A stretch of 64,000 nucleotides of DNA, taken from contig DASRQZ010000059.1 in NCBI GenBank assembly GCA_035696125.1, forward strand, positions 3,340-67,339, written 5' to 3'. The position numbers and the translations under genes were made by a program. This document shows positions 58,013-64,000 of this stretch, in pieces (the first letter of the stretch is position 1; each line of letters starts with the position of its first letter). The notes under the pieces were generated by a model. That model did no database searches, was not told the origin of the DNA, and saw only the letters and a list, made by a program, of their open reading frames with translations. The stretch comes from Polyangia bacterium. GTDB lineage: Bacteria; Myxococcota_A; Polyangia; Fen-1088.

Positions 58013-59227
58013 CTACTCGTAGAGCAGGAACGGGCGCCGATCGTCGGCGAACTGCCGCTCGTAAACCGCGAACGGCGCGCAGATCTCCTCGAGGGGTGCG
58101 CCCGCGTCGATGGCCGTTCGAACCGCCGCGCTGCCGGTCAGGAGGTCAATGGCGGGCGGGTAGCTCACGAACTCGTACGGCTCGGCGCGCCAGGCAAAGT
58201 CGCCGGGCGCCAGCTCGCGCGCCGCCAGCAGCGCGGCGACACCGGCGCGATAAGGGCGGAAGCTGGCGCGGTTGGTGACGTGAAGCTGTACGCCGCCGCA
58301 CGACTTGTGCGCGTACTTCTGAAACATCGGCCGGAACGACAGCGGTCGAAAGCGCACCCCGGGCAGGTTCCAGCCGTGCAGCCGCTCGGCCCAGCGATAG
58401 CCGTCGAGGAAAGGCGCGCCGACGATCTCGAAGGGCCGCGTCGTACCCCGCCCCTCCGACAGGTTGGTCCCCTCGACCAGGCACAGCCCCGGATAGACGA
58501 ACGCCGTGTCCAGCGTCGGCATGTTCGGCGACGGCAGCACCCAGGGCAGCCCGGTGGCGTCGAAGTCCATCGAGCGGCGCCAGCCCTTCATGGTGACCAC
58601 GATCAGGTCGCAGTCGACCGGCTCGCGAAAGCGCCCGCCCAGATCGCGGGACGCACCGCCCGGAATGCCGGCGCTCACCATGCGCGCGATCTCGCCGATG
58701 GTCAGGCCGTGGCGGACCGCGACCGCGCCCAGACTCACGAAGGATTCGTACCCGGGCAGCAGCGGTCCCGATTCGATCTCGACGCCGCCCAGGGGGTTGG
58801 GCCGATCGACGACGATCACCGCGACGCCAGCACGCGCCGCGGCCACCAGCGCCAGCCCCATGGTCCAGACGTAGGTGTAGTAGCGGCTGCCCACGTCCTG
58901 CAGATCGATGATCAGCACGTCGACGTCGGCCAGATCGGCGGCCGACGGCGTCAGCGACTCGAAATCGGCGCCGTAAAGGCTGCTGACCGGTATGCCGGTG
59001 CGCCGATCCTTCTCGCCGTCGACGCCCACCATGTCCTGGGCCTCGCCGCGCACGCCGTGCTCGGGGCCGAACAGGCGGGTGATGCGCACGCCGACCTGCA
59101 ACAAACGATCGACGGTGTGGACCAGATCGGCGGTGACGCTGGCCGGGTGGCAGAGCACACCCACCCGGCGCCCGCGTACCAGAGCCAGCCGCTCCGAGCA
59201 GAGAACATCGAGCCCGGTCTTTACCAC
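58013..59227 (-). CDS. DUF1343 family protein (NamZ-like exo-beta-N-acetylmuramidase family)
   Basis: The N-terminus VKTGLDVL...RVGVLCHPASV and the overall pattern fit DUF1343. Confidence 0.75.
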   Translation of the reverse strand: MVKTGLDVLCSERLALVRGRRVGVLCHPASVTADLVHTVDRLLQVGVRITRLFGPEHGVRGEAQDMVGVDGEKDRRTGIPVSSLYGADFESLTPSAADLADVDVLIIDLQDVGSRYYTYVWTMGLALVAAARAGVAVIVVDRPNPLGGVEIESGPLLPGYESFVSLGAVAVRHGLTIGEIARMVSAGIPGGASRDLGGRFREPVDCDLIVVTMKGWRRSMDFDATGLPWVLPSPNMPTLDTAFVYPGLCLVEGTNLSEGRGTTRPFEIVGAPFLDGYRWAERLHGWNLPGVRFRPLSFRPMFQKYAHKSCGGVQLHVTNRASFRPYRAGVAALLAARELAPGDFAWRAEPYEFVSYPPAIDLLTGSAAVRTAIDAGAPLEEICAPFAVYERQFADDRRPFLLYE

Positions 59228-59237
59228 CGCAGGAGCG

Positions 59238-60716
59238 TCAGTATATCGGAACCGGCTTCAAGGTCACCACGTCGCCCTGCGTGATCACGCGGAACCGCAC
59301 CGAGCGGCACTTCCACTTCTGCTTGAGCCCGCCCTCGACCAGACGCAGCTTGGTGGTGAAGGCTTGCACGGTGATGCCGGCGGTCGGCTTGTTCTGGCTC
59401 TTGAGCGCCGCAACATACTCGCCGTACACGCGCGCGAAGTACATGGCCTCGTTCTCCTGCGCCAGCGCCTGGGTGGCGGGATCATTGATGGGCTCGCCGG
59501 CGGGCGAGGCGGCCACCTCCTCGACCAGCATCTGCTCCGACCGCCAGCGCTGCGCCTCATCGGCTTCTTCCTCGACATCGTCCTCGTTGGGCTCTTCGCG
59601 GCCCAGCAGGCGCGCCATCATGACATTGAGACTGTTGGACAAGCCTTCGAAGTCGGGTCCAACCGGCTTGAAGGTGTAATCGATGTTGCCGTTGATGATC
59701 TCGGCGACGCCAAGCTCGATCTTGTCGAGCGGCTTGATGAACCGGATGGCGGTCATGACGGCCGCGCCCAGCGCCACCAGGATCGCCAGGACGCCGAAGC
59801 CGATGATCTTGAGCCCGACACCCGACACCCGCTCCAGCCGATCGGAGACCGAGCTCAGCACCACGACCCCGCTGGTCTTGTCGAAGGCGTTGCCGTACAG
59901 CGGCGCGGCCACCGCGGCGTAATCGTGGCCGTCGAGGGTGAAGTGGAACAGCTCGGTCGGCATGCCTCTTTGCAGGGTTTGCTGCCCCGGCTTGTCACCG
60001 GCCTGGAACAGGACGGCGTTGAGCGCCTGGGTGCGATTGCCGTCCTCCTTGGCGTTCTCGCCGGTGCCTTCGGAGACGAAGCTCGAGGTGTGCACCTTGC
60101 CGTCGTGGAAGTACGCGACCTCGGTGCCCAGCAGGTCGTGCTTGAGCTGGGCGTCCCGCGCGGTCAGCACGTAGCCGACCAGCAGTGCGCCACGGATGAC
60201 CCCCTCTGGGGTGGTGATGGGCGCGACGGCGACCCGGGTCATCCGATTGGAGAAAGTCCAGATATCTTTATTGGCCTGGCCTTTGAGCGCGGTCCCCACC
60301 ACTGGGTACCTGGCCTGCAGGTCCTCGCCGAACATCGCGTTGACGTTCAGATCGCGGGCCACCACCTTGCCGGCCGAGTCGATGATGGCGACGATGTCGG
60401 CCTTGCGCGCGCCGCTGCCGAGGTGGGCGTTCAGGCCTTCGCACTGCTCGAAGGCTGCCTGCCGCTTGGCGGTTTCGTCGACCTTGTCGAAGACCCCCAC
60501 GACCCCGGGGCGGTGGCTGAGCCCCGACACCAGGTTGGCGAAGTCCAGCGATTCCAGCCGCATTATCGACTGGTGCATGCGCTGGGCGCGCGAGACGTCA
60601 GATTCGACCTCGCGAATCACCGCCTCCTTGAGGTCTCGGGTGACGACTGAGTGCACGCCAGCGGTGAAAACCATCAAGATGGCGGCAGCGACAAGCCCGA
60701 TCTTCATGCGGTGCAT
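59238..60716 (-). CDS. Membrane protein with a periplasmic Cache-like sensor region, a second TM, a HAMP-like linker, an acidic stretch and an unassigned C-terminal domain
   Basis: The signal/TM is MKIGLVAAAILMVFTAGV. A ~300 aa periplasmic region follows. The second TM is GLKIIGFGVLAILVALGAAVM. The C-terminal ~90 aa have no recognised motif. Confidence 0.6.
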   Translation of the reverse strand: MHRMKIGLVAAAILMVFTAGVHSVVTRDLKEAVIREVESDVSRAQRMHQSIMRLESLDFANLVSGLSHRPGVVGVFDKVDETAKRQAAFEQCEGLNAHLGSGARKADIVAIIDSAGKVVARDLNVNAMFGEDLQARYPVVGTALKGQANKDIWTFSNRMTRVAVAPITTPEGVIRGALLVGYVLTARDAQLKHDLLGTEVAYFHDGKVHTSSFVSEGTGENAKEDGNRTQALNAVLFQAGDKPGQQTLQRGMPTELFHFTLDGHDYAAVAAPLYGNAFDKTSGVVVLSSVSDRLERVSGVGLKIIGFGVLAILVALGAAVMTAIRFIKPLDKIELGVAEIINGNIDYTFKPVGPDFEGLSNSLNVMMARLLGREEPNEDDVEEEADEAQRWRSEQMLVEEVAASPAGEPINDPATQALAQENEAMYFARVYGEYVAALKSQNKPTAGITVQAFTTKLRLVEGGLKQKWKCRSVRFRVITQGDVVTLKPVPIY

Positions 60717-60965
60717 GTCCTAGCTCCTCTGCTCGGCAAGTGGGGGGATCACGGGGTGGTGCCCGTTAAACGACAAAAAGGGGCGGCCGGATTATCGGGC
60801 AGCGCAACTGGCCAAGTCAACGTTTCGACTGGTGATGGTCGGAAAATTTGACCGGCGCCGCACCCGAGACTACATGTAGGCGCCACCAGCCTCCGGCTGG
60901 GCGTCACACCGGCAGCGCGGCATCCAGCGCGGCGTTTGTCGCAAAATTCTGGAGGCGGACTCGAC

Positions 60966-61400
60966 ATGGAAAAATCCAGCACCAACCCCACCGACAAGAC
61001 GATCGGCCATGGCGACGATCCGCGACAACCGCAGCAAGAGACCGAACGCCGCGCCAAGTGTCGCGCCAAGACCGATCTCTTCGTCAATCGGTTCCTCAAC
61101 GGGCATCCTTACCTCTGCCGCATGACCGACATCAGCTTGTCGGGCGCGCGCCTGGTGGCCATCAACGAACCGCGCATCACGCCGGCGCCGGCCTTCATGG
61201 GGCTGCAGTTTCAGCTACCGGGACGACGCGAGGTGATCATCGCTTCCGGTGAGACCGTGACCAGCGACAATGGGCGCAACGGGTGCACGGTCGGGGTTCG
61301 CTTTACCCGCCTGCCCGCCACCGCGGTGGCTGCGATCGAAGCCCTTGCGGCTGAGCCCCAATCGAAGCCCTGCTCGCGGCTCTCTGAGCCTGGCGGCTGA
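60966..61400 (+). CDS. PilZ-domain protein
   Basis: GGAGG lies 9 nt upstream of the ATG. The RxxxR motif is RRAKCR, and the D-x-S-x-x-G motif is TDISLSGARL. Confidence 0.7.
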   Translation: MEKSSTNPTDKTIGHGDDPRQPQQETERRAKCRAKTDLFVNRFLNGHPYLCRMTDISLSGARLVAINEPRITPAPAFMGLQFQLPGRREVIIASGETVTSDNGRNGCTVGVRFTRLPATAVAAIEALAAEPQSKPCSRLSEPGG

Positions 61401-61526
61401 GCCGCGATCCTGGCCAGCGACAATCAGGCCAAAACCAGAAGAAGACCAGAGGAAGACCAGACGAAGACCTCACCCCTGCCAGACAGCGTCCGAGCTCAAA
61501 AAATTTCTGTATTCTGGCGGGTTTGC

Positions 61527-61555
61527 TTGACAGTCCAGAAGTGCCTCAGTATCGT
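61527..61555 (+). promoter_or_regulatory. Sigma-70-type promoter TTGACA-17-TATCGT
   Basis: The -35 hexamer is a perfect TTGACA with a 17-nt spacer. It lies in a lower-GC region ~90 nt upstream of the GTG start at 61646. Confidence 0.4.
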
Positions 61556-61645
61556 CGCGCGACTTCTGCGGTCCTTGGATGACATCGACCAACTGAGACG
61601 AGACGACCGACCTGAGCGTGTCGCGAGCCACGCCGGAGGAGTATT

Positions 61646-62842
61646 GTGGAACAAAACAGGAAGCCTGGCGCTCCGCCCAGCAAAGACATCTCGGATCTGA
61701 AAGCGCGCCTCGGCCTCAAGAGACCGGAGGCGGGCGGTCCTCCGGGTGGGGCTTCGATGCCAGGCCGGCCGGGCGGCCCTGTCCCGGGGTTCCCCCCTCA
61801 AGGGCCGCTGGGTGGTCCTGCCGCGGCCCAGCAGGCTGGCGCGCCCATCGCTTCCCAGGCGGCGCCCGCCCCCGCCGGCCCCCCGGCGGGCCTCGATCCC
61901 TACGCCAAGATGAGACCTGCGGCCGGCGTCTTCGATCTCCGCAGCATCGACGACGGCCAGCCGGCGGCCAACGTGCGGTCGGGCCGCGGCAAGGCGGCGC
62001 TGTTTGCGTCGCTGATCGTGGGCATCGCTGGCTTTGCGCTCGGCGCCGGGATGGGCATGGCCACCGTGGGCCGCGCCAACATGAACACCGCGAACCACGC
62101 CGCCAAGACCGTCAAGGCCGAGCTCGACAACATGCAGAAGACCCTGACCCAGATCGGGACGGCGGTCGCCATGAGCCAGCAGCGCATGGCCAAGGACAAG
62201 AAGGACCCCCTCAATTACGACCCCGGGCTGATCGCGGATCTGGAAAAGATCAAGCTCGACCCGCGCCCCGACACCAGCAAGATCTTCCGCGTCGACTACT
62301 TCCGCCTCGAGGACGTGGTCGTCGATCGGCTGTTCAACTACTACTACGACAGCATCGCGCTCTACGCCGAGACCGAGCGCCACATCAAGAAGACCAAGGC
62401 CGATCAAGAGTCGCTGGCGGGCTTCGCCAGCAAGCAATTGGCCGCGGGCGAGGCAAGGAATTACGGCGTGGTCTTCGATACCTCGAGCAAGATCATCGTC
62501 GGCAACCTGGTCGAGGTCGGCGAGCAGGTTTGCAAGAACGGCAGCAAGGACTGCGCGGCCAACGACCTCGAGGGCTTCAAGGTGCGCTCGAACACCGGCG
62601 CGCCCTGGGTCAACCGCAAGTCGGGTGGCAAGCTGGACACCGACAAGGTGGTCCCGCTCAAGCCGACGCCGCTGATGGACGCCGTGATGTCGGGCTCGCC
62701 CGACCAGGTCCGCAACGAGGCCTACAGGCAGCGTGTGGCAAATCTACGCGGCATCGTGAGTCGCCTGACCACCGCGCAGAAGGAGCTCTTCGAGGGCATT
62801 AACAAGGCCGCCAGCCGCCCCGACGTTTTCGCGCCGTTCTAG
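61646..62842 (+). CDS. Hypothetical membrane protein with a Pro/Gly-rich disordered N-terminus, one TM helix and a periplasmic domain of unknown function
   Basis: The GTG start is preceded by GGAGGAG. The TM is ALFASLIVGIAGFALGAGMGMA. The C-terminal domain is non-biased. Confidence 0.6.
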   Translation: MEQNRKPGAPPSKDISDLKARLGLKRPEAGGPPGGASMPGRPGGPVPGFPPQGPLGGPAAAQQAGAPIASQAAPAPAGPPAGLDPYAKMRPAAGVFDLRSIDDGQPAANVRSGRGKAALFASLIVGIAGFALGAGMGMATVGRANMNTANHAAKTVKAELDNMQKTLTQIGTAVAMSQQRMAKDKKDPLNYDPGLIADLEKIKLDPRPDTSKIFRVDYFRLEDVVVDRLFNYYYDSIALYAETERHIKKTKADQESLAGFASKQLAAGEARNYGVVFDTSSKIIVGNLVEVGEQVCKNGSKDCAANDLEGFKVRSNTGAPWVNRKSGGKLDTDKVVPLKPTPLMDAVMSGSPDQVRNEAYRQRVANLRGIVSRLTTAQKELFEGINKAASRPDVFAPF

Positions 62843-62925
62843 GAGGCGTCGGCCTTGCGTCTCGCAAGGCCTGCCCCCTCCCTAACCCTCCCCCGCGGCG
62901 GACCGCGGGAGAGGGGATCGGATCG
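62843..62925. repeat. REP-like palindrome (CTCGCAAGGCCTGCCCCCTCCCTAACCCTCCCCCGCGG / CCGCGGGAGAGGGG) between convergent genes
   Basis: Read directly from the sequence. The stem-loop is CCCTCCCCCGCGGCGGACCGCGGGAGAGGGG. Confidence 0.7.
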
Positions 62926-64000
62926 TCAGGGTCGTAGCTCCCAGCGGTCGATCAGCTTCCTGGGATCACCGCCCGTGGCCTGGAAGTCGTCCAGCAGGTC
63001 ATCGGCGGGACAGCGGCCGGCCTGCGCGTAGGCGAGCAACGGATCGATGAGCTTGGCGTCGGCGGCACCGTCAGGTAGCCGCTTCACGCCGGCCGCGGCG
63101 ATCCCGCACACCTCGACGGCCAGATCGCGCAGTGAGCGTCCGCCCAGGCGCGCCGCCAACCCGGCGCGCGGGACCTCTCGGCGCAAGGTCTCGCGCTCGG
63201 ACATCGTACGGTCGGCGACCAGCCGCCAGGCCTGTGCACGCGCGTCCGGGTCATCGAGCAGGCCACGCCACAGAGCGCCCAGCCCGCAGGCGAACGGCAG
63301 CGCGGCGGCGTCGGCGCCGCGCACCTCGATGGTTCTCTTGAGGCGCACCTCGGGGAAGACCGTCGACAGGTGCAACTCCCAGTCCGCCAATGTGGGCTGC
63401 TCGCCGGCGAACCCCTGGTGCAGGAAGCGACGAAAGGTCAAACCCGCCGGCACCGGGTGGTAGACCCCGTCACGCACCACGAAGAACATGGGCACGTCGA
63501 GCGCCCACTCGGCGTAGTCGCGAAAGCCGAAGTCCGGCTTGAACGCGAACGGAAGCAGCCCGCAGCGGTCCTCGTCGGTCTGCAGCCAGATCGCCGCGCG
63601 GTAGCTCTTGTATCCGTTGGGTTTGCCGTCGGTGATCGGCGACGCCGCGAACAGCGCGGTCACGATCGAGGTCACGCCGAGCGCGGTGCGGATCTTGTCG
63701 GTCGCCTCCTGCTCGTCGGCGAAATCGAAGTTGGCCTGCACGGTCGCCGTGCGCTTCATCATGTCCAGCGCCAGGGGCCCGCGCGTGGGCAGGTAGGTCC
63801 GCATGACCGCGTAGCGCCGCTTGGGCAGCCACGGGATGTCATCGAGGCTGCCGAAGGGGCGCGCGCCGCAGCCCAGGAAGCGCACGCCCAGCGGCCGCGC
63901 CACCGCGGTCACCTCGGCGACGTGGGCAAGCAGCGCGTCGCGACAGGCGGTGGCGCTTGCCTGCGCCGCGCCCGACAGCTCGAGCTGACCGCCGGGCTCG
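62926..64000 (-). CDS. Glutamate--cysteine ligase family 2 (GCS2/plant-type gamma-GCL); 5' end lies beyond the window
   Basis: ASPITDGKPNGYKSYRAAIWLQTDEDRCG...RDYAEWALDVPMFFV and the upstream PGGQLELSG motif mark the family. The frame stays open to the window edge. Confidence 0.75.
   Translation of the reverse strand, partial: EPGGQLELSGAAQASATACRDALLAHVAEVTAVARPLGVRFLGCGARPFGSLDDIPWLPKRRYAVMRTYLPTRGPLALDMMKRTATVQANFDFADEQEATDKIRTALGVTSIVTALFAASPITDGKPNGYKSYRAAIWLQTDEDRCGLLPFAFKPDFGFRDYAEWALDVPMFFVVRDGVYHPVPAGLTFRRFLHQGFAGEQPTLADWELHLSTVFPEVRLKRTIEVRGADAAALPFACGLGALWRGLLDDPDARAQAWRLVADRTMSERETLRREVPRAGLAARLGGRSLRDLAVEVCGIAAAGVKRLPDGAADAKLIDPLLAYAQAGRCPADDLLDDFQATGGDPRKLIDRWELRP

Overview
The window is about 70% GC and densely coding. 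It looks like a chromosomal segment from a myxobacterium-like deltaproteobacterium. The clues are Hanks-type Ser/Thr kinases, an FHA-GAF sigma-54 activator, PilZ, giant TPR proteins, lipobox-rich secreted proteins and abundant REP-like palindromes. I call about 48 CDSs, with one partial at the 3' edge. The housekeeping blocks are tsaC-purE-purD-purH, scpA-scpB-rluB next to xerD, rnc-cca, nadD, rlmN and a DEAD-box helicase. One IS4-family IS sits at 15721-17271. It has lower GC and 15-bp terminal inverted repeats, and it is inserted exactly at the centre of a REP palindrome upstream of xerD. Two families of intergenic palindromic repeats recur through the window. The candidate non-housekeeping systems are these. 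(i) A membrane STPK, a TPR membrane protein and an FHA-GAF-sigma54 activator, followed by a candidate sigma-54 promoter and a three-gene secreted or lipoprotein set. (ii) Two adjacent paralogous giant (~1690 aa) TPR/alpha-helical proteins. Their intergenic region holds a 22-bp long-range inverted repeat that links the stop of gene 1 to the SD and start of gene 2. Divergent from them sits a degenerate ETF-alpha/ETF-beta-like pair. (iii) An ATGA-coupled envelope operon with a Lys-rich secreted protein, a HEAT protein, a frameshifted PQQ-propeller plus HEAT lipoprotein, a thioredoxin-like [2Fe-2S] ferredoxin and a lipoprotein. (iv) A fused cysteine desulfurase-MnmA gene. I saw no rRNA, tRNA or CRISPR array. 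All calls come from reading the translations and the DNA by eye, without a database search. Start coordinates may be off by a few codons where noted.
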